This document shows positions 23,354 to 33,241 of a stretch of 64,000 nucleotides of DNA, piece by piece; position 1 is the first letter of the stretch, and every line of letters begins with the position of its first letter. Source of the DNA: an uncultured Akkermansia sp. (GTDB taxonomy: Bacteria; Verrucomicrobiota; Verrucomicrobiia; Verrucomicrobiales; V1-33); contig CAZFZN010000031.1 in the NCBI GenBank assembly GCA_964523105.1, forward strand, positions 17,683 through 81,682, in the 5' to 3' direction. A model generated the notes under the pieces. That model worked only from the letters and a program-made list of their open reading frames with translations. It had not been told where the DNA came from and did no database searches. The translations under genes were made by a program, and so were the position numbers.

Positions 23354-25837
23354 ATGAGCACTGTTCTTCGCACTCTCACACTCCTCGCCCTCTCAGTTCC
23401 CGCCGCCGCGGCGCCCGAGGCGTTTGAAATCGGACCCGACCGGCTGGCGGATTTGCCGAAAGGCAAGGAAGCGGACGGGATCATCGGGGACTTCGTGATG
23501 CGCAGCGATACGGTGGAGCTGACCATCAGCGGCAATCTTCCGGAGCGTCGCGCGAACATGAGCACGTTCTACGGCGCGGACGGCGTCACGCCGGGCTGCC
23601 TCTACGATCTTTGTGCGCGCGGGTCGGCGAATGACCAGATCACTGTCTTCACGCCTGGCAATCAGCGCGGACCGGTGACCTGGGTGCGCATCACCAAAGA
23701 CGGCAGGGACGGCGAGGCGGAAATTGAGACCGTGACCACCGCGGCGAACAACAAGGGCCTCTACAAACGCCATGCCTGGCGCCTGCGCGACGGCCGGAAC
23801 GGCGTGGAGGTGGAAACGACGCTGCGCAACGAATCCGCCGCGGCCATGACCGTGCCGGCGGATGACAAGATTACCAACTTCCCCTCCAACGGCAGCGACG
23901 GTCCGTATTTCTGGACGGCCAGCGTGGACCCGCGCGACAAAGCGGGCTACGCTGTCGAGCCGATCCGCGGCGACGCGAAGCTCGCGCCCGGAGAAGAGAA
24001 AAAGTGGACGCGCTTCCTCGCGGTCGCCTCCTCACCCGCCGCGGCGCTCGGCCTTCTGCGCGAGCAGAAAGGCGGCGCGGGCCGCGTCAGCCTGACGTTG
24101 AAGGGGCCGGACGGAAAACCGGTGACGACGGCGACGGTCGTGGTGGTCAACGGCGGCAAAGAAGCGCCGGCATGGCCTGACAAGGACGGCAAGGTCGTCT
24201 TCGCCGTCGCGCCCGGCTCGCCCGAACTGCGCATCACCGATCACGGCCGCGCGCCGGTGAAGTTCACGCTGCCCGTCGCGGCCGGCCAGAACGCGGAACG
24301 CGAAGTCTCCCTCGGTGCGCCGGCGGCGGTCGTCTTCAACATCACTGAGGACGGCTCCGGCCGTTCCCTGCCCTGCAAGGCGCAGTTTCTGCCAAAGGAG
24401 GGAACTCCGAAAGTGGACCTCGGCCCCAACAACCGCGCCCACGGCTGCGTGGACCAGTGGCATTCGGAGAACGGCAGCTTCACCGTGCCGCTCGCGCCGG
24501 GCAGTTACACGGTCGTGGTGACGCGCGGGCCGGAGTATTCGCTCATCCGTCAGGAAGTGACGCTGGCCGCCGCGCAGCAGGTGGAGGTAAAGGGCGTGCT
24601 GAAGCGCGTGGTCGATACCACCGGCTGGGTCGGCACCGATTTCCACAACCACAGCACGCCCAGCGGCGACAACACCTGCGGCACCGACGACCGCATCATC
24701 AATCTCGCCGCCGAGCACATCGAGTTTGCACCGACCACGGAACACAACCGCCTCTACGACTGGGCACCCCACATTGAGAAGCTGCAGCTGAACGAGTTCC
24801 TCTCCACCATCACCGGCATGGAACTCACCGGCAACAATCAGCACCTCAACTGCTTCCCGCTCACGCCGGAGCCAGGCAAACAGAACAGCGGCGCGCCGGT
24901 GTGGAACTTCGATCCGCGCATCTCCGCCATCACGCTGCGGGACTGGCAGAAGCCGGATCCGGACCGGTGGATTCAGGTGAACCATCCTGACCTCCAGCGC
25001 GTCTTCAATGATGCCGATGCCAATGGCGAAAAGGACCGCGGCTATTACGGCGTCACGCAATACGTGGACGCCTGGGAGATCGAGAATTTCATCGATCCGG
25101 GAATTCTCTCCGACGCTCCGTTCCGCATCGTGGAGAACGCACCGGGCAGTCCGCGCACGGTGCGATTCCAGCGCGAGTTCATTTACCTGCAGCTGCTCAA
25201 CCAGGGTCATCGCCTCGTAGCCACCGCCGTGGCCGATGCGCATACTGTTCACGGCAACGGCGCGGGCGCATGGCGCGTCTATTTGCCCTCCGGCACCGAC
25301 GAGCCTGCCAAAATCGACTGGCGGGAAATGTCCCGCGCCACCAAAGCCGGCCGCGGTGTGCTCAGCACCGGGCCGTTCCTCACCGTCACCGCCAACGGCC
25401 AGCCGTCAGGCTCGGAAATCAAGTCGGAGGGCAAGCCCGTAACCCTCAAAGTGCGCGTGCAGTGCACCGACTGGCTCGACATTGACCGCGTGCAGATTCT
25501 GGTGAACAGCCGGCAGCCGAAGGAGCTGAACTTCACGCGCCAGACGCACCCGGACCTCTTCGGAAGCGGCACGGTGAAGTTTGACAGGGAGATTCCCGTG
25601 GAGCTGAAGGAGGACGCGCACCTCATCGTGGTCGCGCTCAATTCCGCTGGCGATCTCAAGCAGTGGTTCGGCACCAGTTCGCAAAAGGACCTCAAGCCGC
25701 AGGCATGGACGAATCCGACCTATGTGGACGTGAACGGCGACGGCTTCAAAGCGAACGGCGACACGCTCGGGTTCGACATTCCCACGACGAAGATGACCGT
25801 GGAAGAGGCGCAGCGCATCCTGCAACTGGCGCATTGA
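23354..25837 (+). CDS. Secreted PHP/CehA-McbA-like metallohydrolase-domain protein
   Basis: ATG 23354 gives the signal peptide MSTVLRTLTLLALSVPAAAAP. The N-terminal half is beta-rich. Central FHNHSTPSGDN..TEHN metal-ligand-like motifs are present. Confidence 0.6.
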   Translation: MSTVLRTLTLLALSVPAAAAPEAFEIGPDRLADLPKGKEADGIIGDFVMRSDTVELTISGNLPERRANMSTFYGADGVTPGCLYDLCARGSANDQITVFTPGNQRGPVTWVRITKDGRDGEAEIETVTTAANNKGLYKRHAWRLRDGRNGVEVETTLRNESAAAMTVPADDKITNFPSNGSDGPYFWTASVDPRDKAGYAVEPIRGDAKLAPGEEKKWTRFLAVASSPAAALGLLREQKGGAGRVSLTLKGPDGKPVTTATVVVVNGGKEAPAWPDKDGKVVFAVAPGSPELRITDHGRAPVKFTLPVAAGQNAEREVSLGAPAAVVFNITEDGSGRSLPCKAQFLPKEGTPKVDLGPNNRAHGCVDQWHSENGSFTVPLAPGSYTVVVTRGPEYSLIRQEVTLAAAQQVEVKGVLKRVVDTTGWVGTDFHNHSTPSGDNTCGTDDRIINLAAEHIEFAPTTEHNRLYDWAPHIEKLQLNEFLSTITGMELTGNNQHLNCFPLTPEPGKQNSGAPVWNFDPRISAITLRDWQKPDPDRWIQVNHPDLQRVFNDADANGEKDRGYYGVTQYVDAWEIENFIDPGILSDAPFRIVENAPGSPRTVRFQREFIYLQLLNQGHRLVATAVADAHTVHGNGAGAWRVYLPSGTDEPAKIDWREMSRATKAGRGVLSTGPFLTVTANGQPSGSEIKSEGKPVTLKVRVQCTDWLDIDRVQILVNSRQPKELNFTRQTHPDLFGSGTVKFDREIPVELKEDAHLIVVALNSAGDLKQWFGTSSQKDLKPQAWTNPTYVDVNGDGFKANGDTLGFDIPTTKMTVEEAQRILQLAH

Positions 25838-25874
25838 GCCGGGCAGTTCAGTTAAGTCGCAGCCGGGCAGTGCC

Positions 25875-25949
25875 TTAGCAAGGCCGTCCCGGCCTTGAGA
25901 GCAACCACCGTATCGGAGCGAAACGACAAGGCCGGGACGGCCTTGCTAC
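25875..25949. repeat. Inverted doublet of AGC-headed hairpin units between convergent genes
   Basis: 25875 TTAGC-AAGGCCG-tcc-CGGCCTT-g 25897, then a 29-nt spacer, then 25927 c-AAGGCCG-gga-CGGCCTT-GCTAC 25949. A degenerate single unit (GCAGC-AGGGCCG-tcc-CGGTCTT) lies at 15770..15792. Confidence 0.8.
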
Positions 25950-25991
25950 GGGCGCTCGCGGCGTCCGGCGGCAACTTTTCAGATTACCGCT

Positions 25992-27134
25992 TTAAGCAGA
26001 CCGGCGCAGTAGTTTCGCCGCGACGGCCGAAAGCAGCAAGGCACCGAGCAGCACTGCGCTGCACGCCGCCGTGAACCGGAGAAATTTCTCCGCCTTGCGC
26101 GCCGGCACCGCGACCATCCGAGGCTCGCTAATCACTCGCGTGGGACGCAGGACCACACCCTCGCGGATTCTCAAATCCTCTGCCTCCATGCGCAGCTTTT
26201 GCAGCAGGGCGAGGGCGCTGTCATAGCGCACCTGGGCGGCATCCAGTTCCGAGCGGTTGAGCAGGCGCAGGTCTTTTTCTTTGACCGACTCCGCGGCGAG
26301 CGCGGCATACTCCTCCAGCGCCGCCTTCAGGGCCGCCTGCTCCACCGCAAGCGCCGCTTTCGCAGGATCGGCTTCCGGCGTCGCTTTGAGGCGCGCTTCC
26401 AGCATCACCAGATCGGCGCGCGACCTGGCGAGCCTGGCTGAGAATTCCGCGGCCTGCTGTTCGGCAGCGGCCACTTCGGCGGGCATCAGGGCGTGCCTTC
26501 TCATGAGATCGTTGCGCTCAAGGCGCGCTTTATCCACGGTGACGACCTGCAGATTGATCCTCGCCTCCAGAGCCTGGCTGAAGCGGCGGGACCGGTCCAT
26601 CGCCACATCGATCAGGTCTTCGTGCAGCGCCTGCGCCAGAAATCCGGCCTGCGCCGCCGGTGATTTGCGGTGTTCATGAACGGTAATGGTCAGATGCGGG
26701 CCGCTGAGACTGACTTCCGTATGCTTTGCGAGCGCCTCCCGCGCATCATCCGCCAACTGCGGCTCGGCGGTGCCGCCCAGCTTTACCGCCCGGCGCAGCA
26801 CTTCACCGGAAGTCACCCGCGCCGCGTGGGCCTGCATCTCCGCCTCCGAATTCTGTTCGAGAAACTCCACCACCACGCGCCCGGCCTCCTCCTTCGGTTC
26901 CAGCCAGCGCAGGGTGCCGAAGCTCAACGCGCACACGAGCGCGAGCAGGAAGACCAGAAACGGAATGCAGCCGCAGCGTTCCCTGCAGCGCGGAGGAACC
27001 GCGGGAGCGGCGGCAGCGGCCACGGGAAGCGGCGGCGGGGGTTGCGGATTCATAACCGGGGGAGCCTGGCAGGTCGCTCCCCTGACCGGAAGAACAAAAT
27101 GCCCCCCCGGCGAACGGAGAGGCCCGCCTGCCAC
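25992..27134 (-). CDS. Two-TM coiled-coil membrane protein (polysaccharide co-polymerase-like topology)
   Basis: TM helices near the N-terminus (IPFLVFLLALVCALSF) and at the C-terminus (AACSAVLLGALLLSAVAA) flank a long helical A/E/L/R region. The start could be ATG 27053. Confidence 0.55.
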   Translation of the reverse strand: MAGGPLRSPGGHFVLPVRGATCQAPPVMNPQPPPPLPVAAAAAPAVPPRCRERCGCIPFLVFLLALVCALSFGTLRWLEPKEEAGRVVVEFLEQNSEAEMQAHAARVTSGEVLRRAVKLGGTAEPQLADDAREALAKHTEVSLSGPHLTITVHEHRKSPAAQAGFLAQALHEDLIDVAMDRSRRFSQALEARINLQVVTVDKARLERNDLMRRHALMPAEVAAAEQQAAEFSARLARSRADLVMLEARLKATPEADPAKAALAVEQAALKAALEEYAALAAESVKEKDLRLLNRSELDAAQVRYDSALALLQKLRMEAEDLRIREGVVLRPTRVISEPRMVAVPARKAEKFLRFTAACSAVLLGALLLSAVAAKLLRRSA

Positions 27135-27151
27135 GAAATGAATTAGGCCGC

Positions 27152-27649
27152 CTAGCGGACTTTTTGCACAGCAGGCAGCAGCAGCCCTATCAGGATGGCG
27201 ATGATGGCGATGACCACGAGTCCCGGCGGACGGTTTGCCGCATCCTCAAAACGCCCGGTGCTGGAGACGACGGTGCCGTCGCTGAATTCCACGGAATCGC
27301 GCCACGAAAAATGAATGCCGCCGGCACCCTCGGCATCCGCGTCCATGGTCGCGATTCCCACCAGGAGATCGCCGTTGGCGGCTTCAAAAACAACAGGGCC
27401 GGCGCCATGCAGAGCGGTGGATCCCTCTCCCGGAACAAATTCGACTTCGCCGGTGGCGGTGAACCGCCCCAAATGCGAGGCGGTTCCAGTGATGGAAAAT
27501 GGCGACGGCCCCTCGGCTGAGAAATCGATGGTGCCCTGCCAGTTGTGCAGTTTGACGGCTGATTTGCCGTATGACGACGTGGTCGTTGCCGTGAAGAACG
27601 CGCAGACCGTAATGAGCGCGACGATTTGCCTCCAGAGTGATGTTTTCAT
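27152..27649 (-). CDS. Secreted beta-rich protein ending in a pseudopilin-like hydrophobic segment
   Basis: ATG 27649 gives [19 protein letters not shown]. The C-terminus [23 protein letters not shown] is followed immediately by TAG GCG GCC TAA. Confidence 0.6.
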   Translation of the reverse strand: [165 protein letters not shown]

Positions 27650-27814
27650 GGTGTGGCGATTTGGTTGGAGTGCGGTGATAAGGGATTTCGGCGACAAGTG
27701 TCAAGCTTTCCATTTTCTTCCCGGGCGGCCGACAGTGCGCCCCGCCGCCCGAATCCGGAACGAATGGAGCATCCGTGTTTGACGCCGCTCTCTCCTCACG
27801 TTGAATGCCCCGCC

Positions 27815-29122
27815 ATGAAATCGCTCCCCCTCACATTTGCCGCCATTCTCTTCTCCGTCGCCACGCTCCCCGCCGAGGACTGGCCGCAATGGCTCGGGCC
27901 GCGCGGTGATTCCTCATGGAACGACACCGGACTGGTGACGAAGTTTCCCACGGACGGGCCGAAGGTGCTGTGGCGCGCGCCGGTCGCTAACGGCTACAGC
28001 GGACCCTCCGTGTCCGGCGGCAAAGTGTATGTCATGGACTACCAGGTGACGACCGGCAAAGTGGACGCCAACGCCTCGGCGCGCACGAAACTGACCGGCA
28101 AAGAGCGCGTGCTTTGCTTTGATGAAAAGACCGGCAAGGAACTCTGGTCGCACGGTTACGACTGCACCATCAATCTGAGTTTTCCCAACGGCCCGCGCTG
28201 CACTCCGGTGGTGAGCGGCGGCATGGTCTTTGCGCTGGGAGCGGAGGGACACCTCAGCGCGCTGAGCGCCGGGGACGGGAAAGTGGTTTGGGAGAAGGAA
28301 CTGAAGTCGGCATATAAATGCGAGTCGCCCATGTGGGGCTACGCCGCGACGCCGCTGGTCAGAGACGGTGTGCTCTACACGCTCGCCGGCGGCAAAGGCA
28401 GCGCCGTGGTGGCGCTCGACACGAAAACCGGCAAGGAAATCTGGCGCGCGCTGGACACGAAGGACATCGGCTATGCGCCGCCGGTGTGGACCAAACGCGA
28501 CGGCAAAGACGAACTGCTGGTATGGCACAGCGAGTCGCTCAACGGTCTCGATCCCGCGAACGGCAAGGTGCGCTGGAGCCAGCCGTTCGGCACTTTCTAT
28601 GGCATGTCCATCATGGCCCCGCGCGTCACTGCGGACGGCATCTTCATCGGCGGCATCATTGCCAAGTCCGCGCTGGTGAAGCCTGGCGACGGCAAAGCGG
28701 AACTGGTGTGGGAAGGCACGCCAAAACTGGCACTCGCGCCCAAGAACGGCACCCCCCTCGTGGTCGGCGAGCATGTTTATGGCTGCGACATGGATGGCGA
28801 CCTGCGCTGCTTCAAGTCGGCGACGGGTGAGCGGCTCTGGTCCACCCTCGACGTGCTCAGCGGCAAAAAAGTGAACAGCGGCACCTTTTTCATGGCGCGC
28901 ACGCCGCAGCAATGGGTGCTCTTCAATGACGACGGCGAACTCATCCTGGCTGACCTCAGTCCGTCAGGCTACAAAGAGAACGCGCGCGCCAAAATCCTGA
29001 GCGCCGACACGCCCTCCATGGGCGGCCGCACCGTCGTCTGGAGTCACCCCGCCTTTGCCAACCGCTGCGTCTTCGCGCGCAATGACAAGGAACTGATCTG
29101 CGTCTCGCTCGCGGCGGAGTAA
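27815..29122 (+). CDS. Secreted PQQ-like beta-propeller repeat protein (BamB-like fold)
   Basis: ATG 27815 gives MKSLPLTFAAILFSVATLPAEDWPQW. Repeated G.vy....dg.l.al....G..vW blades are present. Confidence 0.8.
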   Translation: MKSLPLTFAAILFSVATLPAEDWPQWLGPRGDSSWNDTGLVTKFPTDGPKVLWRAPVANGYSGPSVSGGKVYVMDYQVTTGKVDANASARTKLTGKERVLCFDEKTGKELWSHGYDCTINLSFPNGPRCTPVVSGGMVFALGAEGHLSALSAGDGKVVWEKELKSAYKCESPMWGYAATPLVRDGVLYTLAGGKGSAVVALDTKTGKEIWRALDTKDIGYAPPVWTKRDGKDELLVWHSESLNGLDPANGKVRWSQPFGTFYGMSIMAPRVTADGIFIGGIIAKSALVKPGDGKAELVWEGTPKLALAPKNGTPLVVGEHVYGCDMDGDLRCFKSATGERLWSTLDVLSGKKVNSGTFFMARTPQQWVLFNDDGELILADLSPSGYKENARAKILSADTPSMGGRTVVWSHPAFANRCVFARNDKELICVSLAAE

Positions 29123-29124
29123 AA

Positions 29125-29183
29125 GTGGTCCGCACAGTCTCTGTGCGGTTGGGCTCCACCGCACAGAGGACTGTGCGGACCAC
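29125..29183. repeat. Inverted doublet of hairpin units filling the gap between convergent genes
   Basis: 29125 GTGGT-CCGCACAG-tctc-TGTGCGG-t 29149, then an 8-nt spacer, then 29158 a-CCGCACAG-aggac-TGTGCGG-ACCAC 29183. There is a one-base indel in the loop. Confidence 0.8.
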
Positions 29184-29189
29184 CCTGGC

Positions 29190-30173
29190 TCACACCACGC
29201 ACCGCGGGCAGTGCTCCACCCAATGACCAGGCGTCAGTTCAACATACGGAGGCCGTTCGTTTACCAAAGGTTCGCCCGGAGCATCCACATTCCGCGGGCA
29301 GAAGCGGCAGCCGGGCGGCATTTTGTCGAGTGATGGCACCATGCCTTCGATGATCGGGAGCCGCGTCCGCGGCGTGCTGTCGAGCCGGGGAATGCTGGCC
29401 AGCAGCCCGCGGGTGTAGGCGTGGCGGGGATGGCCGAACAGTTCCGTAGCGGCAGCCCGCTCCACGATGCGCCCCGCATACATGACCACCACTTCATCGC
29501 ACATCTCCGCAATGACGCCGAGGTCGTGCGTGATGAGCAGCACGCTCATGCCCATGCTGCGCTGGAGGTCGCGGATGAGGTCCAGGATCTGCGCCTGCAC
29601 GGTGACATCGAGGGCGGTGGTCGGCTCGTCGGCAATGAGGAGCGAGGGATTGAGCGCCATGGCGATGGCAATGCCGACGCGCTGGCGCATCCCGCCGCTA
29701 AGCTGGTGCGGATATTCATGCACCCGAATGTCCGGCGCGGGAATCTGCACGCGGCGCAGCGCTTCGATGGCTTTGTCCTGCGCATCGCGGGCGTTGAGAC
29801 CCAGATGGAGGCGGAAGACTTCGGCGACTTGACGCCCCACGCGATGGACTGGATTGAGCGAGGTCATCGGCTCCTGGAAGATCATGCCCATGCGGTGGCC
29901 GCGGAGCTTCCACATTTCCTCCTCCCCGGCCTTCACGAGGTCGCGGCCGTCGAAATGAATACTGCCTCCGGTGATGACGCCGCTCGGATAGGGCAGCAGG
30001 CGCATGACACTCATGGCGGTGACGCTTTTGCCGCAGCCGCTTTCTCCGACGAGGCCGACGACTTTGCCGCGCGGCACGGAAAAGCTCACGCCGTCCACGG
30101 CGGTGACGCGCCCGGCGTCGGTGTCGAAGGCGACGCGCAGGTCTTTGATGTCGAGCAGCGGGGCCTCGCTCAT
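29190..30173 (-). CDS. ABC transporter ATP-binding protein (OppD/DppD type)
   Basis: The start [14 protein letters not shown] overlaps the upstream stop as ATGA. Walker A GESGCGKS, signature LSGGMRQR, Walker [13 protein letters not shown]. Confidence 0.9.
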   Translation of the reverse strand: MSEAPLLDIKDLRVAFDTDAGRVTAVDGVSFSVPRGKVVGLVGESGCGKSVTAMSVMRLLPYPSGVITGGSIHFDGRDLVKAGEEEMWKLRGHRMGMIFQEPMTSLNPVHRVGRQVAEVFRLHLGLNARDAQDKAIEALRRVQIPAPDIRVHEYPHQLSGGMRQRVGIAIAMALNPSLLIADEPTTALDVTVQAQILDLIRDLQRSMGMSVLLITHDLGVIAEMCDEVVVMYAGRIVERAAATELFGHPRHAYTRGLLASIPRLDSTPRTRLPIIEGMVPSLDKMPPGCRFCPRNVDAPGEPLVNERPPYVELTPGHWVEHCPRCVV

Positions 30174-32179
30174 GCGTCCTTCTCCTTCCATTGGTCGTAC
30201 GTCAGGATCTGCGGCGGGAAGGTGCGGCCCTCCTTCATGGCGCGCTGGGTTTCCTCCTTCATCTTCGTGTCTATCCAGTAGAGGTGAAACTCCTCCCAGT
30301 CGCGGCTGGTGCGGGCATTGAAGCCTTTGGGAAAACGCATCCAGCGCCAGTGGGCTACGCGGTAGTAGTCCTGCACCCACGCGGGCACGAAGGCGGCGTC
30401 ATCGTGGAGCCACGCCATCATTTCGCGCGCCAGACGCACAATCTCCGGCATGTTGTCGGCCTTCTCGTAGGCTTCGATGAGCGCGTCCAGTTCCTTGCTC
30501 GCGGTCATGGTTTCGTTGTTCGTATCCGTCTTGATGCTTCCGTCCTCCTTGTAGGCGTTGGAGCTGTGCCACGTCTCGCGGAAACGCGGATACAGTTCCA
30601 CTGAGACGTTTTTGGCTCCAAACGAAAGATCGTGCTTCTTCTCATCGGCCTTCTTCCACGCGGCGGTCTGTTCAATGATTTCCAGGTTGAATTCGACGCC
30701 CGCTTTGACGGCTTCCTTCTTCAGAATGGTGAGCACATCGGCGAACATCTTGTAGCCGGTGGTCATGGTGAACGACAGACGCTCCTGCTTATCATTCACA
30801 AAGATGCCGTCCGGCCCGCGCTGCGTGAACCCGGCCTGAGCAAAGAGTTTTTCCGCGGCGGGGATGTCGAAGGCGCGGGCCTTGATGCCGGGGAAGGTGA
30901 CTTCCGGGTAGCCGTCGCTGCTGGTCTGCATCCGCGTGGCGTCGCCTTTGAAGACTTCGCGGATGGCGAGGTCCCAGTTCATGGCGTGCTGGATGCCCTG
31001 ACGGATAAGTTTTTCCTTCAACAGCGGGCGCGAGCAGTTGATGCTGAAGCCCCACGTCACGCGCGGGATTTGATTGTAGAAGAGCACCTTCTCGATGTAG
31101 CCCTTCGCCACCTCCGGCGCGTCGTGCGGCAGCTTGCGGTGCCAGTAGTCGGACAGTCGCATGGTGAAGATGTCCAGCTCCCCTTTGCGGAAGACCTCGA
31201 AGGCCTTGTTCATGTCGCGGATGGTCACGAAACTCATGCGGTCCACGTTGTAGCGGTAGCGCATGTGCTTCCGGTCCGCGGCCCACCAGTTCGACACTTT
31301 GGTGAGGAGAATGCGGCGGCCTTTGTCCACGTTTTCCGGGCGCACTTCGTAGGCGCCGGTGGTGGGCTCGAATTTCCACTGATACACGTCCTGCCAGTCG
31401 TCGGCGAGTTCGAGATAGAAGTGAACCGGCACGGGCCGGACGCTGGTGGCCTTGTAGAGCAGGTCCGGCTTCTTGTCGCGCATGGAAATGGCGATGGTGA
31501 GATCGTCGAATTTCGTGATCCGCGTGAAGGTGTCAGTGTAAAACTGCTGATACCACAGATCGGCGGTGTAGTTGCACCGCATGAAGTAGAAGCAGAACAG
31601 ATAGTCGTCGGCGCGGACGGGCACGCCGTCACTGAATGTCGCGGCGGGATCGAGCTTGAAGTAAATGGTGCGCCCGTCGGGATCGAAGGCCCACTTTTCC
31701 GCCAGCTCGGCATACCACTGGAAGTTGTCCGGGTGCTGACTGGCCAGTTTCATCGCATTGGCATCGAGGATGTATTTGCGGAACGCACCGCTGGCATCCG
31801 GGCCGATAAACCGCAGCGTGCGCGCGAAGTCGGGCATGTAATGGTAATACGTGCCACCCTTCTTCGCGGCAGGGTCGCCGAATTCCGGCACGTTCGCGCC
31901 GTCCTCCCATTTCAAATCAGCGGGCACTTTGTCCGGCGTGGAGAAGATGAAGAAGTCCGGATAGCGGCGGAAGAACTCCATTGCCTCGTCCGGCAGCGGG
32001 GCGCGCTCGGCTTTGTAATTGAACGGGCGCTCGTTACGGCGGCAGGCGGAGAGCGCCGCGGCGGCGGCTCCGGCGCTGAGTTGCAGCGCCCGGCGGCGGG
32101 AGAGCGTGGCCCGGGCTTCCAGCCCGAAGGAGGGAGACTGCGGGCTGGAAGCCTGAGCCACTGTCTGGTCAGCGTTCAT
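30170..32179 (-). CDS. ABC transporter substrate-binding protein, family 5 (peptide/opine type), unusually large
   Basis: The start MNADQ is followed by [19 protein letters not shown] (a twin-arginine-like signal plus lipobox). About 670 aa. ATGA overlap with the upstream permease stop. Confidence 0.8.
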   Translation of the reverse strand: MNADQTVAQASSPQSPSFGLEARATLSRRRALQLSAGAAAAALSACRRNERPFNYKAERAPLPDEAMEFFRRYPDFFIFSTPDKVPADLKWEDGANVPEFGDPAAKKGGTYYHYMPDFARTLRFIGPDASGAFRKYILDANAMKLASQHPDNFQWYAELAEKWAFDPDGRTIYFKLDPAATFSDGVPVRADDYLFCFYFMRCNYTADLWYQQFYTDTFTRITKFDDLTIAISMRDKKPDLLYKATSVRPVPVHFYLELADDWQDVYQWKFEPTTGAYEVRPENVDKGRRILLTKVSNWWAADRKHMRYRYNVDRMSFVTIRDMNKAFEVFRKGELDIFTMRLSDYWHRKLPHDAPEVAKGYIEKVLFYNQIPRVTWGFSINCSRPLLKEKLIRQGIQHAMNWDLAIREVFKGDATRMQTSSDGYPEVTFPGIKARAFDIPAAEKLFAQAGFTQRGPDGIFVNDKQERLSFTMTTGYKMFADVLTILKKEAVKAGVEFNLEIIEQTAAWKKADEKKHDLSFGAKNVSVELYPRFRETWHSSNAYKEDGSIKTDTNNETMTASKELDALIEAYEKADNMPEIVRLAREMMAWLHDDAAFVPAWVQDYYRVAHWRWMRFPKGFNARTSRDWEEFHLYWIDTKMKEETQRAMKEGRTFPPQILTYDQWKEKDA

Positions 32180-33237
32180 CGGTAGGTGGTGAATTTGCGC
32201 GGATCGTAGGCCTCGCGCACGGCTTCGCCGACAAAGGTGACGAGCAGCAGCACAGCGACGAGGCCGCTGAACGCCGAGAGCACGATCCACTCTGCGTCTT
32301 TGTTATCGAGGCCCACCTGGAGCATCTCGCCCCAGCTCGGCGTAGGGCGCGGCAGGCCGAAATTGAGGAAATCCAGCGCTGTCAGCGCCGTGATGCCCGC
32401 GGCGACAGTGAACGGCAAAAAGGTGACAAGCGTGGAGATTGTGTTAGGCAGGATGTGGCGGAAGATGAGCCGCAACGGCCCCGCGCCGGCGAGCCGCGCT
32501 GAGGCTACATAGTCGCGCGCCTTTTCCTTGAGCGTGGCCGTGCGGAGGAACCATGCTTTCGTCGTCCACGCGAAGATGACCATGATGAACAGCAGGATCA
32601 GGATGCGCGGAGCGGTGCCCACATCCGCAGGAACGAGCGAGATGCCGATCATGACGATGTAGAGGAACGGGATGTTGGCCCAGATTTCCACGATGCGTTG
32701 ACCGATGAGGTCCACCGCGCCGCCGAGATAGCCCATGAGGCAGCCGATGACGATGGCGACGAGCATGGTGAGCAGCGTGTAACTCAGGGAGAAGAGGATG
32801 ACGTTTCGGAATCCATAAACCATGCGCGAGAGCACATCGCGCCCGGTGACATCGGTGCCCAGCCAGTGCCGCCGCGCGCCATCGGGCGGCTGCGGATGGC
32901 TGACGCCTTCGCGGAAGTCGCTGTCCTGCGGTCCCCAGGGGATAAGCGGCATGAGCACCCAGTTGCCCTGATCCTCCGTTTTAAAGCGGTCCTGCAGCGC
33001 GCGGTAGTTCGTCTCGTACTTGTAGCTCTCACCGAAGGTCTCGCCGGGAATGATCGCGCCGTAGGTGGGGAAGTAAGTCTTGCCCTCGTAGCGCACGAGC
33101 AGCGCGCGGCCGTTGACCCACAATTCCGCCAGCAGGGCCAGCACAATGAGCAGCACCAGCAGAACGAGCGACCAGTAGCCCCGCTTGATGGAGCGGAAGC
33201 GCTGGAGGCGTTTGCGGGTGAGCGGGTTGAGCGGCAT
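32176..33237 (-). CDS. ABC transporter permease (OppC/DppC type)
   Basis: ATG 33237 gives MPLNPLTRKRLQRFRS. Six TM helices and the EAA-like loop (ASARLAGAGPLRLIFRHILPN). Confidence 0.85.
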   Translation of the reverse strand: MPLNPLTRKRLQRFRSIKRGYWSLVLLVLLIVLALLAELWVNGRALLVRYEGKTYFPTYGAIIPGETFGESYKYETNYRALQDRFKTEDQGNWVLMPLIPWGPQDSDFREGVSHPQPPDGARRHWLGTDVTGRDVLSRMVYGFRNVILFSLSYTLLTMLVAIVIGCLMGYLGGAVDLIGQRIVEIWANIPFLYIVMIGISLVPADVGTAPRILILLFIMVIFAWTTKAWFLRTATLKEKARDYVASARLAGAGPLRLIFRHILPNTISTLVTFLPFTVAAGITALTALDFLNFGLPRPTPSWGEMLQVGLDNKDAEWIVLSAFSGLVAVLLLVTFVGEAVREAYDPRKFTTYR

Positions 33238-33241
33238 GGGA

